Shown: positions 14,755 through 29,412, numbered from the stretch's first letter. The stretch: DNA of 64,000 nt from Eledone cirrhosa (GCA_964016885.1 OZ024751.1:17670001-17734000), one strand, 5' to 3'. Numbers and translations: made by a program. Notes: generated by a model not told the origin, from the sequence alone.

Positions 14755-15366
14755 TTACCTCTCACACCATGTGTCTTTTATTTCCTTTCAAGTATAAGAT
14801 CTAACGGAATTTTTTTTCTTAACCCCGAAATCACTTCACACCCGGATTGTGACTTCCACCCCTGAAAAATCAAAGAAAAACTTACCAAAAGATGTATTTA
14901 AAAAAAAAACGAGAAACAAATAATAAAAATAAAAATAAATATATATATATATTATATATTTTTAAGACGTTATATGAATTGAATCTAGTGTTTTGAGGTG
15001 TTTTGCGGGTAAATATAACTTATCTTCCATTAGACAAATAAAAAACGAGGCTAGCCAGACGACTCCACCCTTTGTAGGAGATTATATAGTTAGGAGTGTC
15101 ACGTGGTAATTGTCCCTTAAGCCATTCAACATTTTTTTTTCAATGGTAGAAACTTGAAGGGAGATGACGTCATATAAGTCAATGCATTATACTTAATATA
15201 CAAGGAATACAAGGGCTTTAATTTTGTCGGTAAATCTTACGTATTTAGCGTATCTATAAATCTATTAGTCTGTTTGTGTATTTATTTACCCAAACAGACT
15301 ATAACCACGCACATTCACACACATATACATTGATACACATTTACACACACATACGCACACAAACAA

Positions 15367-15520
<154 letters not shown>

Positions 15521-15648
15521 AATAACACAATACAATTATTTCATTACCCAAGGTTTCACGAAGAGAGGTGACCCCAACAGAGGCGTCCAAAGTTGTTCAT
15601 CAGAAGGAAAATTTAATATGGATGTAAGATATGAAATCAAAAACAAAA

Positions 15649-15900
15649 TCTACTATATAAATGGCAATTTCTGTCTGTCTGTGTGTAACTAGTTGGCGTC
15701 TAAACCAATGATCCTATTCTGATGAAACTTTACACACATGTTAAGCTAATATTCAGAAACAGGACTGGCTAATTGGATTTCAAAAAAAATAATGGAACCC
15801 GTGGGGATATTTAACCCGCCCTCTCACTACTCCTCTTTCTTCTCCCACAACTCAGTCTTCCAAAACGAGGCAACAACCGATTTGTTTTGGTTTTTTGTGC
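15649..15900 (+). mobile_element. Helitron-like 5' end fragment
   Basis: A|TCTACTATATAAA followed by a ctgtctgtctgtg microsatellite, the same layout as the 5' end of 25959-26959; no 3' CTAG end identified. Confidence 0.45.
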
Positions 15901-15992
15901 TTCATTCTGAACAGAAAGAGAGAGAGAGAGGGTGGATGAGAGAGAGAAGATAAGAGAGAAATACACATATACACATATATATGTATATGTAT

Positions 15993-16676
15993 ATCAATAA
16001 TATTAATAAATGGAAAATATCTTTATAAAACCATATTTACGTATTTGAAGGTTATTAATATTTAAGAACACTTTCGTCAGATAAAATATAATAATTGGTG
16101 TTAAGATAGAGATATATCTTTATGTTATAAGTTCAGTGAGGATAAAATAAATATGGTTTTATAAAGATATTTTCCATTTGTGAATTGGCAGTATCGGTAG
16201 AGGGTCGGACGCCATGCTTTGATGCATAGAGTTACGGCCCTTGCCATTCTGAGTTCAAATCCCGCCGAGGTTAACTTAGCCTTTCATCCTTACGGGGTCG
16301 ATAAAATAAGGTACCAGTAATGTACTGGAATAATTGCTGGCCTTGTGCCAATAGTAGAAACAATTAATATTATTGATATTAATGATACTCCAGAAAAACA
16401 CCCTTGAGTGCTTGTAATCTGTGTAAAATTAACTTTGTGAATAATCAACAAACCAAATAACTCATTGTTTATATATATATATATATATAATCTTTTGTCC
16501 GAAAGGACAGTGACACTTTAACCAGATGTCACCGCCATTACACACACACACACATCTGGTTAAAGTGTCACTGTCCTTTCGGACAAAAGAGTAAGTATTA
16601 ATAACCAGCAGATAGTATGAACAAGGTAAAGAAAGATCTATAGAAATATTATTGGTAGGGTCTGATGATCCGGTTG

Positions 16677-16746
<70 letters not shown>

Positions 16747-16895
16747 AACAATGAGTTATTTGGTTTGTTGATTATTCACAAAGTTAATTTTACAACAGAT
16801 TACAAGCACTCAAGAGTGTTTTTCTGGAGTATCATTAATATCAATAATATTAATTGTTTCTACTATTGGCACAAGGCCAGCAATTATCCCAGTAC

Positions 16896-16897
<2 letters not shown>
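15993..16897. mobile_element. Composite: degenerate hammerhead hairpin element with nested SINE (16180-16364), inverted duplicate (16320-16470 vs 16746-16897) and a separate perfect hairpin (16491-16590)
   Basis: Arms and tail are homologous to 24864-25300; minus-strand ATTTTAT-CTGACGA at about 16074-16087 without an intact GAAA box. Confidence 0.7.
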
Positions 16898-16986
<89 letters not shown>

Positions 16987-17073
16987 GAAAAATTGAACAG
17001 GGACAGAACAGAGAGGCAGTACGACAAATGTTTATTAAATTCACGCTCAGGAGGGTGGGGGGGTAGGTGGAGG

Positions 17074-17105
17074 ACGACGTTTCGGGCATAAGCCCTTCTT
17101 CAGGT
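17074..17105 (-). ncRNA. PLE pLTR minimal hammerhead
   Basis: AC-CTGAAGA-aGGGC-ttat-GCCC-GAAA-CGTC|GT; stem I only about 2 bp. Confidence 0.7.
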
Positions 17106-17936
17106 GAGAGTTCAAAAGGTGTGTAGGGGAGTGGTGGAGAGACATATAGCGAAAGGAAACGGTGCGAATGAAAAATTAACAAATAAAGACAAAAATATAA
17201 TAAATAATAAATAAAAATAAAGCATGATCAAAATACAAGGAATGAGAACATTTAAAAATAAAGGCATGATCAAAATAAACTGAAATTAAAAGGGGGGTAA
17301 ACAGGTGGTGGAAGGGTGTGGGGTGAGTAGAGGTGGAGGCGGGTGGAGTGGGGAGAGGGAGACGGGGTGTCCGAGCGGGGAGGGCTGAAGGTGGTGTGTG
17401 TGGTTAGGTGTGCGTGTGTGTGTGTGTGTGTGTATGTGAAAGTGAGGGTTGGGGGAAGAACGGGGTTGCATGTTCAGGAAGGTGTGTGTGGGGGGTGTTT
17501 TTGTGTGTCGGAGGGTCTGTGCGTGTGTGGATAGGGGGTGGGGGGAGAGGAATCAGGGGGCTGAGGGTGTAAATATGTGGTGGGAAGCACGTGTGTGTGG
17601 TTTAAGCGTGTTGTGGGTGTGGGTGGCGTGTGGATAAAAAAAATTGTTTTCGGATGTGTGTGTGGGTGAGTTATATAGGTGATGGTGTTAGAGGATGGTT
17701 GAAAGTGGTAAGTTACACGGATGTATGGAGATTTTGGTTGGAAGTCGAACGCGTGTGGGTAATCCAAGAAGTGGTGGTCGGAAGAGGAGAGATGTGGGGT
17801 GCGCGCGCAACAGGAAGTGGTCAGCAGTGGAAGTGCTGTGGTCAGTTGGTGCTGAGACAGTGGTCGGAAGGGCATAGCAGCAGTCAGCGGAATGGTAGGG
17901 AGGCGAGGATGGGTAGGTGTGAGAGTTGGAGTGAGG

Positions 17937-17985
<49 letters not shown>

Positions 17986-18459
17986 TAGTAGGGGTGTTAG
18001 TGGGATGAGTGAGTGTGGAGTGGGGAGAGAAGGGTGTGTGGTTCTATGGAGGGAGTGTGGTGTACTGGTGTGTGTGTAGTTTGGTGAGGAGGTGTTAGTG
18101 GGTGTTAGTAGACGGGAGGTGGGGAGGGGTGGAATGCAGGTGTGAGTGGGGGTTAGTGGGGGTAGGGTGTGTAGAGTTGGTGGTGTACGAGGGTGTGTGG
18201 GTACGTGTGCGTGGGGTTGGAGGGTGTTAGTGATGTTAGTTGCGTGTGGGGTGGGTGGTGTAAGTGTGTGCGTGTGATAAGGAGGGGGGAGGAGGAGGAG
18301 AGGGGAGGGAAGGGATGTTAGTATGTTAGTTGGGGAAGGGTGGTCAGATGAGGGGTGGAGTGGAGGTGTTAGTATTGTTAGTGTGGGGTGGGCGGTGAAA
18401 AGGAGGGGTGTGTTAGTGGTGTTAGTGGGGGATAAGTGGGGGAGGGGGGCGGTCGAACG

Positions 18460-20409
18460 CTAAAGGAATAAGGGTGGGGAGTTCAGGCCGGGGAGAGTGT
18501 GGGTCTGTAAGATGAAGATAGTACGTTGTTCGACCGTGAGGCGATGGGCGGGTGTTCCGTGGCACTGGAGTAGGCCACAGACTGTGAGATGGTGTGCGGA
18601 GTGTCCAGGGCCACCAAAGTGGCGGGCGATGGGGGAACTGCCCCCGAGACGAATGTCCCGGAGGTGCTCCGTGACTCGGTCCGCCAGGCGGCGTCCCGTC
18701 TGTCCGACATAAGTCGCGCTGCACCTCGTGCAACGAAGTCCGTAGACTAGGTTGGAGGAGGTGCAGCGGAAGGCATGCCGGACCGAGAGAGGGTGGCCGT
18801 TGGGACCCTGGAAGGTGGTGGTGTTGGTGATGTGGGGACAGGTGTTGCAGCGGGGTCTAGAACAGGGGAAGGAACCGGGGGGGGGGGGGAACAGAGCGTG
18901 GGTTGGGGGGTAGGGAGCTGTGGACGAGGAGGGTGCGGAGATTGCGTGCGCGTTTGAAGGAGGGGAGTGGTGGGGTTGGGAAGATGTGGGAGGTGGAGGG
19001 GTCGGACTGGAGGTGTCGGAAGAGGCGGCGGATGGTGCGGTGGAGGGGTAAGGTGGAGGGGTGGTAGGTGATGGGGAAGGGGAGACGGTGGGTGGGTGTG
19101 CGGTGGCGTGGGGTGAGGGTGGTAGAGCGGGGGATAGCACGGGCGCGGGTGAGAGCGGTGTGGACGAGAGAGGGGGGTAACCTCTGCGGATGAAATGGCT
19201 GACTAGGGAAAGGGCCTGGGACTCGAAGTCAGCATCTCGGCTACAGAGGCGGCGGATCCTGAGAAGTTGGGAGTAGGGAATGGAGAGTTTAGTGTGGGTG
19301 GGGTGGGAAGAGGTGAAGTCGAGGTAAGAGTGGGAGTCGGTGGGTTTGAAGAAGGCGGAGGTGACGAGGGAGTGGTGGGAGGGGTCGAAGGTGACGGAGA
19401 TGTCCAAGAAGTGGACGTGGGTGGTGGAGATAGAGGTGGTGAAATGGAGGGAGGGGTGGAAGGAGCAGAAAAAGGAGAGAAAGGAGTCGAGCTGTACTCG
19501 GGTGAGGGTCGTGGCTCCGATACAGTCGTCAATGTAACGACCGTACAGTTCGGGCGTGGGGCCGGTGTACTGGGCAAAGATTTGGGCCTCAACATGGCCA
19601 ACAAAAAGGTTGGCATAGTTCGGGCCCATTCTTGTGCCCATGGCTACCCCCGTGACCTGTTGGTAAAACTCACCCGAGAAGGAGAAACAATTTAGGGTGA
19701 GGACCAGCTCGGCGAGGCGAAGGAGGGTGGGGGTGGAGGGAATGGGGGAGGGGCGAAGGTCGAGGTAGTGTTTGAGGGCGCGAAGGCCGTCGGCGTGGGG
19801 GATGACGGTATAGAGGGACTTGATGTCTAGGGTGAAGAGGAATGGCTGAGGGCCGGGTAGGTAGCTGAAGGAGTCGAAAAGGCGCAGGGCGTGGTTGGTG
19901 TCAGAGATGTGGGAGGGGAGGGTGGTGACAAGGGGGGCGAGGAGGGAGTCGAGAAAGGCGGAGATGAGTTCGGTGGGGCAGTTGCAAGCGGAGACGATGG
20001 GGCGGCCGGGGTTGTCGGGTTTGTGGAGTTTGGGGAGGAAGTAGATGGTGGGGGTGCGGGGGGTGCGGACGATGAGGTGGGAAGCGGTGGGGGGGAGGAG
20101 GGAGGAGGCGATAAGGTCTTTGATGGTGGAGGAGACTTGTTGTTGGTAGAGGGGGTGGGATCGGAGGGTAGAGGGCGGTAAAAGAGGGGGTAACAGAGCT
20201 GCCTGAGGGCTTCGGCCTTGTAGAGGTCCGCGCGCCATACCACCACGGCGCCTCCCTTGTCCGCCGGTTTGATGACGATGTCATCTCGGCTACGGAGGGA
20301 GCGGAGAGCGAGGAGTTCGCCCCGTGAGATGTTGTGCCGTTTGGAACGGTGGCGGAAGTCGAAACGATTTACTGCGCTACGGCTGGCATCGACGAAGGCG
20401 TCCAGGGTG

Positions 20410-20412
<3 letters not shown>
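18460..20412 (-). pseudogene. PLE polyprotein (reverse transcriptase + Cys linker + GIY-YIG endonuclease) with frameshifts
   Basis: [90 protein letters not shown]. Frameshifts at G/C runs near 20155, 19175 and 18880. Confidence 0.93.
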
Positions 20413-20447
<35 letters not shown>

Positions 20448-20463
20448 CATGTATATATATATA

Positions 20464-20535
<72 letters not shown>

Positions 20536-20548
20536 TATATATATATAC

Positions 20549-20592
<44 letters not shown>

Positions 20593-20656
20593 GTATATAT
20601 ATATATGTATATATATATATGTATATATATATGTATATATATATGTATATATATAT

Positions 20657-20806
20657 TGCGAACTGCGCAGGAATGACACTACCCAACTTTAAAATCTTCC
20701 CCTTCTACAGTGCCCAGATTCGTTCACACAGCAACAAAGAATAAACAAAGAAAATCTATTCCTTAACAAATTTAAACCAAAACTAAACGGGTTATCACCC
20801 CAATAG
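20657..20806 (+). pseudogene. C-terminal GIY-YIG fragment of a second PLE family
   Basis: [16 protein letters not shown] /frameshift/ [31 protein letters not shown]; the R..KE..F...F.P.LN ending is typical of PLE endonucleases. Confidence 0.7.
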
Positions 20807-21390
20807 AATTGTCATAAAATATAAACACACATGCGCACGGAATCACTACTATTAAAGACCAGAGACCAATTCTGTAGAATCAGGTTTATTGATTGACAGA
20901 CCATGCCTTTGTGTGACCAACACATCCATGTTAAACCCTGCACGTGCACACACATATATCTATATATATATGCGCACACAGAATTCACCACTGTCGGTTG
21001 CGGGGCCCAATCTACATGAAGAACTCAATGTGATCAGAATGACTTGTATTTTAATTTCACTGTCCCAACTTCTTATATTATGGAAAAAATATATGTGTCT
21101 GTATGTATATATATATATATATTTGGAGGCCATTTCTCTGTGTGTGGGTGTATGTATGTGTATATGTGTGTGTGTGTGTATGTGTGTGCATGTGGATGTA
21201 TGTATTGTGTGTGCGTGTGTGTATGTATGTGTGTATCTGGATGTATGCGTATGTGTATATATATATATATATGCGTGTGTGTGTATGTGTGTATATACAT
21301 GTGTGTGTATGTGTGTATATATATGTGTGTGTGTGTGTATGTTTGTATGTGTGTATGTATATATATATATGTGTGTGTATGTATGTGTGG

Positions 21391-21464
<74 letters not shown>

Positions 21465-21537
21465 ATATATATATATGTGTGTGTATGTGTGTGTGTGTAT
21501 GTATGTGTGTATCTGAATGTATGTGTATGTATATATA

Positions 21538-21592
<55 letters not shown>

Positions 21593-22458
21593 ATGTGTAT
21601 ATATATGTGTGTGTGTGTATGTGTGTATGTATATGTATGTGTGTGTGTATGTATGTGTGTATATGTATATACTCTTTTACCTGTTTCAGCCATCCGGCTG
21701 AGGCCATGCTGGGGCACCGCCCTTGTTCATATATATATATATATATGTATATGTATATGTATATGTATGTGTGGATGAAGGTATGTGTGTATATATAGGT
21801 GTAAGTGCACTAAATCCCTTTCTATCACGCTCCTCTCTCCTACCCACCACAGGAAGATATGTGTATGTATATTGCTTCCACCTCCTCACTGACCAGCAGC
21901 TGGCCAGTTGGTGATTGCTAAATCTGACCTTTATAAAATAACCCACACCCCAAATAACTTCTCATTCACTACCAGAAAGGGACACAGCAGTCAACCTGTT
22001 GTTGCTACCTAGATGAAAACTGCTATGAAATCCCACAATGAATTTTATACTTGAATTTTCAAGTCTCAAATTTTAACTCTTCGTATTATTAATTTTTCTT
22101 AATATTAATCAACATTTGAAAAAAAGGCTTTTGCAGACCCATCGAAACCGGTCATTTTTTATACCCTTTATTATTTCCTTACCTTATAAAATTATGTTTT
22201 TTCACAAAAAAGTATTCTGTCTCTTATATATTCCATGTGCCATTACCAACCTCAATTTTCTCTATATATGTATATATATATGCATATATATATGTGTATA
22301 TATGTATATATATATGTGTGTATATATATGTATATATATGTGTGTATATATATGCATATATATATGTATATATATGTGTATATATATATATATATGTGTA
22401 TATATATATGTATATATATATATGTATATATATAAGTATATATATATATATATATATA

Positions 22459-22957
<499 letters not shown>

Positions 22958-23265
22958 TAAATCATGTCTTTAGAATCATCAGATAAAATATATACTATTT
23001 CTTCTTCTAATTAGCATAATTAACCATATAAAAAATCAATTAGATCAATCTATAAGAAGAAAGGCTCTTATGGAGAAATCTCCGTCAAATAACCGAACGT
23101 AGCCTCTTCGCGGTGGCCCCAATCGGGTATTTATCCAACATTTCGACAGCATGTAGAAACTGACTATATATATATGTATATATATATGTATTTATATATA
23201 TGTATATAGTTATGTATATACATACAGACACACATATATATATATATATACACACACACATATAT

Positions 23266-23327
<62 letters not shown>

Positions 23328-23981
23328 TTTTTTAATTAAACATTCGTTAAATTGCCAAACATACTATACATACATTCATGTATACATCGCTATGTATGTA
23401 TTAGGTCGCTATGTATGTTTGTTTTTTTTTCTATAAATTTCTACAAATTTCATACCCTACGACCCAATATATATATATGTGTTGTGTGTGTCTGTTTGCG
23501 AATGTATGTAATAATCTATACGTATCATGTATTCGTATATGCTTAGAAGGAATATTTGGTATTCATTTTCTCTGGGACATCAGACAGGCCTTGATTAGGA
23601 AGTTATGATGTTTCGTGGTTAAAATAGATTGTTTGCTTGACTGTAGCGTCTCCCAGTTGTATACCTATAGTCCAATGATAAACGATTTATTTGAAAATCT
23701 GAAGTATTATTGAAGTTAACTGCCACTTCCGGGAATTGAAACCGCCTCATAGACACTCGTTCTGAAGTCTACAATATTTTTAGACAGCATAGATTGTATA
23801 GCAGCATAAGGTAAGCTTAGGGGAAAAGCTCATGCGTAAACGCTAACCTATATACACAAACACGCAAGTCAAAGTACACAAACACACACTCACACGTACA
23901 CACAAACGTATACACTCACACATATATAAATATATAAATATATAGATAGATAGATAGACAGAGAGATACGCACATACATTC

Positions 23982-24026
<45 letters not shown>

Positions 24027-24183
24027 TCCAAATATACCTACATAAATACGTAAGTACATATATCATGCATACATATATACATGCATATATATATATAAAC
24101 ATACATACATACAGACATACATTCACACAAACATACATACATAAATGCATATATATATATATATACATATATACATACATGCA

Positions 24184-24235
<52 letters not shown>

Positions 24236-24810
24236 CACACATACACTTTAAGTTTGTGTGCATCTATGGCGAGATAGATGCAATCAATTTGATCGCTTTG
24301 ATCAACGAGAAACAGTTTTTCAGAAGTTAGTTGATCAGACAAAATGGCTGACCGGTTAAAGCGCGGTAATTTTTCGGACTTCACTCAAAATGGCGTTTCC
24401 TGATCCTGCATAAATTCTCTCTGCGGATTTCCTCGCTGTTTGCTGTGAGTGGCTAGAAAGCGGAGTACAGCAACATCAACAACATCAACAGCAACAAAAT
24501 ACAACCCAACACAAACAACAACAACAAGAACAACAACAATAAAAGCAATAACAAATATTAATGATTTAATTAAGCATGAAACTTTAGAGTTTTGAAGGTA
24601 GTATAGAAAAAAAAATATTGATGGTGATACATTTCGAGATGATAAAAGTGTATATAGTGAGAGAATAAAATACTAAATAAATATATGCGTACAGTCATGG
24701 TTGCGTACATGTTATATATAAACATACACACGAATATATACATGTACACATTTATGCGTACATACACGAATGCACACAGACACGCCGATATAGATAAACA
24801 CACACACACA

Positions 24811-24869
<59 letters not shown>

Positions 24870-24911
24870 ATGATATTAATAAATGTAAACTATATTTATA
24901 GAACCATATTT

Positions 24912-24970
24912 ATTTTATTATATATATTTCAAGGGTACCAAAATTTTGGTACGCTCTCATCAGATAAAAT
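24912..24970 (-). ncRNA. Minimal type-I hammerhead ribozyme
   Basis: ATTTTAT-CTGATGA-GAGCGTACCAAAATTTTGGTACCCTT-GAAA-TATATATA|ATAAAAT. Confidence 0.85.
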
Positions 24971-25097
24971 ACAAAATTTGTTCTATAAATGTTGACATAC
25001 CCAAAAAACCAGACCTTATCGGTTCAGGTTCAGTTTGGAGCTGAACCGAGAAGGTCTTGTTTCTTGGGTATGTCAACATTTATAAAACAAATTTTAT

Positions 25098-25156
25098 ATT
25101 TTATCTGATGAGAGCGTACCAACATTTTGGTACCCTTGAAATATATATAATAAAAT
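25098..25156 (+). ncRNA. Minimal type-I hammerhead ribozyme
   Basis: ATTTTAT-CTGATGA-GAGCGTACCAACATTTTGGTACCCTT-GAAA-TATATATA|ATAAAAT; 7-bp stem I. Confidence 0.85.
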
Positions 25157-25295
25157 AAATATGGTTCTATAAATATAGTTTCCATTTATTAATATCATTG
25201 ATATTATACTCCAGAAAAGCTGTAGAGTGCTTCTAATCTGTTATAAATAAATTTGTTGAATAATCAACAAATTAAATATCTCGCTTAAATATCTT

Positions 25296-25423
<128 letters not shown>

Positions 25424-25958
25424 ACACGATATATGTGTACATATATGCATACAGTATGTATATATATATATATGATATAATCATATATACAATTATATAT
25501 ATATATACTTACATGTACATATGAATATAAATTTATATTTCAAATACTAACGCCCAGATATACCTTCTACGTGGTTGTTTATTATACTAGAAATTGCAGC
25601 CACATTTCCGTTAGATAATCTCCTGCAGCATGTAAAATAAAAACGGGAATTTAAAACCTGGCGGTGCCCTTTCCTCGAGGTTTCAATACACCAGATATTT
25701 TCCAGAGTAGAATAGAGAATGATAGATAGAAAGTGAGAAAGAGTTATAGGGGATGAATGGACCCAATACTTGATTGGTACTTCTTTATCGGCCTCGAATG
25801 AATAAATGCAATTTGTCCTCGGAAGCAGAGAGCCGAAACGAATATCGCAAAGCCTTTTATCATGCGTTCCAACTACTCGCCAATTCGCCGACTTATATAC
25901 ATGTCTGTTAATGTTAAATTGATATATGTCTGTTAATGATATCTAATATATTGTGTTA

Positions 25959-26959
25959 CTAGCAGTAGGACCCGGCGTTGAACGAGGCAGGAAACGTGAA
26001 ATAGCAACACCCATATGCAAAGATTGAGAAATGTAGCTGTGTACTTTTTTAATTCCCTTATTCTCAGGAGCGACGTTGTCAATTGTGTGAAAACCAATTG
26101 TACGTTTAAGTAAGGATATTGAGATGACGAAATCAGCGTGGCAACGCAGCTGCAGCAGAAAGGGGTCATAGTGCAATTAGCACAAACGCTGGGCGGCACT
26201 GGTTGCACTGCGTTTACACAGCAACAAAGGTGCGACAAACGGGGTCACCGCGGAATTAGCACAACTACTGTTCGGCGTACTTGCGCAGGGCGTTCATACT
26301 GCGATGTAGGTGCAACAAAAGGGACCTTAGTAGAAGTAGCACAGACGTGAGTTTTACGGTGTCAATAACACGACAACGGACACAGGGCCCGGTTTTGGGC
26401 GTGATGAAAGCACGAAACGTCAACAGGGCGCTGATAAAAAATGTAAGGTCCTCCTCATTTCCTCAATCCCCCGAAAATAGTCCTTCTTAAAAGTAAGTAA
26501 GTGTTGTGTCCTCTGTTAAACAAACCACATTTTTAGAGAAATATTATACGTTACTTAGGATGTTTAAGTAGCGTTTATATTGAAAATGAAAATGGCATGT
26601 AATTCCCAATGCTAATTCGTAAATTTCCTAGAAACCATTAGTGGAATCGGAAATTTATTTAGTCCATAGCAATACGAGGGGACTAAGTAACGTGTGCTGC
26701 AAATTTCAAGGAAATCGGCTGGATTATCTTTAAGTTACGCCTCAAAAAAGTCTAAAAATGCCTTTAAAATGTGGTTTTTCGCCTAATGCAGAAAAAGTTA
26801 AATTTCTTTTATCCCATTGCACTTCAAGAAATATAAGTAACGCATGTGTAACGTTTGAAAAAAATCGGTCGGGTACTTCTCGAGTTTTAGGGATTTACAA
26901 AGACAGACAGCCTTCCAGACAGACAGACAGACATCTTCTGCTTTATATATTTATATAGA
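25959..26959 (-). mobile_element. Non-autonomous Helitron
   Basis: Minus strand: A|TCTATATAAAT..(TGTC)n...CCTCGTTCAACGCCGGG (degenerate subterminal hairpin)..CTAG|T; inserted between A and T with no TSD. Confidence 0.8.
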
Positions 26960-26987
26960 TATACAAGACTACTAATATTAAATTAAT

Positions 26988-27096
26988 CAAATCCCGCCGA
27001 GGTTAACTTTACCTTTCATCCTTACGGGGTCGATAAAATAAAGTACCAGTCATACACTGGGATAATTACTGGGCTTGTGTCAAGCGTAGAAACAAT
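26988..27096 (+). mobile_element. SINE family A, 5'-truncated
   Basis: Core motif and 3' end present. Confidence 0.8.
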
Positions 27097-27404
27097 TAAA
27101 TTAATATAGGACTAGAATACTTAATAATTGTTTCTCTTTTTAAAGATAGTGGGTTTGAGTTGAAGGGACATTTGACTACTATTTTTAGAATTTTGAGCAT
27201 CTACGAAAAGATTACCTATTTTGTATATCACCAGTATTGTGGCGAGTGACGTAATCAAATTGAGTTGAGCCTAAGACCCAGGTTCGATACCTGTAGGAGA
27301 ACATTTCATATTACTTCTGAATTAGATGTCCACAACTTCACAATAGCAGGAGAATAAGATTATAAAACAAGTCATTTTTTCATCAATATTTCAATAAAAA
27401 GACT

Positions 27405-29322
27405 TGCATCAACAACAACAGCTGCATCAATATCAGCAGCAGCAAGAGTAGCAACAATAGCAGCAGCATTAGAAGTAGCAGTAACAATAACAACAACCAC
27501 AACAATAGCAGTAACAGCAGCAGTTACAGCAAAACCATCAACAACAACAATAGTAACAATAAAACAACTATAATAACAATAGCGACATCAGCAAGGAGAA
27601 CAACAACAGCTACAACAACAACAACTACTACTACAACAACAACAACAACAACAACAACAAAAACAACAACAACAACAACAACAACTATATCAAATAGAAG
27701 ATTTTCAAGAAGAAAACTAAGAACAACCTGCCTAAAGAAAAAACAATAAAATAATAACAACTATAATAACAAAGACAAAAACAACAATTGAAAAGTGATA
27801 ACAATAACATAACAACAACAACAGCAGCAGCAGTATTAACCATAGCAACAATGTTACTATCAACAAAAATTGATAACAACAGCAATAACATCGGCAACAA
27901 TACAACATCAATAACAAGAACCACCATAACAATGACAGCAACAATAGCAACAACAACAATAACTCCAACAACAACGATGACAGCAAAAACATACAACAAC
28001 AATAATAAAAGCAACAACAACATTGACAACAACAATAACAACACCAACAATAACAACAACAACAATAACAACACCAACAATAACAACACCACTAACAAAA
28101 GCAACAACAATAACAACAACAACAATAACAACACCAGCAATAACAACACCAGCAATAACAACAACAATAACAGCAGCAACGATAACAACACCCACAATAA
28201 CAACATTGACACCAACAATAACAACAACAACAATAACAACAACAGCAATAACAACAACAACAATAACAACAACAACAATAACAACATTGACACCAACAAT
28301 AACAACAACAACAGTAACAACAATAACAACACCAACAATAACAACATTGACACCAACAATAACAACAACAACAATAACAACACCAGCAATAACAACACCA
28401 ACAATAACAACAACACCAACAATAACAACAGCAATAACAATAACAACACCAACAATAATAACAACAACAATAACAACATTGACACCAACAATAACAACAA
28501 CAACACCAACAATAACAACAGCAATAACAATAACAAAATCCAACAATAACAACAACAATAACAACATTGACACCAACAATAATAACAACAACAATAACAA
28601 CATTGACACCAACAATAACAACAACAACACCAACAATAACAACAGCAATAACAATAACAACACCAACAATAATAACAACAACAATAACAACATTGACACC
28701 AACAATAACAACAACAACACCAACAATAACAACAGAAATAACAATAACAAAATCCAACAATAACAACAACAATAACAACATTGACACCAACAATAACAAC
28801 AACAGCAATAACAACACCAACAATAACAACACCAACAATAACAATAACAACACCAACAATAACAACAACACCAACAATAACAACACCAACAATAACAACA
28901 CCAACAATAACAACACCAACAATAACAATAACAACACCAACAATAACAACAACACCAACAATAACAACACCAACAATAACAACATTGACACCAACAATAA
29001 CAACAACAACAGCAATAACAACACCAACAATAACAACACCAACAATAACAACACCAACAATAACAATAACAACACCAACAATAACAACAACAACAGCAAT
29101 AACAACAACAACACCATTATAACAGTTTCCATATGAAATCAAAACCATGACGTTTCATTGGTTTGTACTATTGATTTCATATCTGAAACATAACATGATG
29201 ATGATGATGGTGGTGATGGTGTGGTGGGGTTACTAGCAGTGATGATGGTGGTGGTGGTGATGGTGTGGTGGGGTTACTAGCAGTGATGATGGTGGTGGTG
29301 GTGATGGTGGGGCTACTAGTAG

Positions 29323-29354
<32 letters not shown>

Positions 29355-29379
29355 ATGATGGTGGTGGGGCTACTAGTAG

Positions 29380-29412
<33 letters not shown>

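Larger units (their letters stand above)
16984..20412 (-). mobile_element. Penelope-like retroelement (Neptune-type), 5'-truncated, flanked by (TA)n on both sides
   Basis: RT-GIY-YIG coding region, about 1.5 kb C-rich 3' region, then hammerhead core, AATAAA and the (TA)n junction. Confidence 0.92.

Noticed and set aside
15718-15730. CTGATGAAAC and other isolated core half-motifs (about 988, 1995-2045, 5581, 8066, 16662, 22970)
   Set aside because: Missing the second core box or pairable stems; some may be decayed elements but cannot be called.
19267-20284. Antisense and alternate-frame ORFs over the PLE
   Set aside because: By-products of the C/G strand bias; only the frame segments with RT/EN motifs are credible.
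23085-23165. [11 protein letters not shown] peptide as a GIY-YIG remnant
   Set aside because: Too short, and lacks the other endonuclease motifs.
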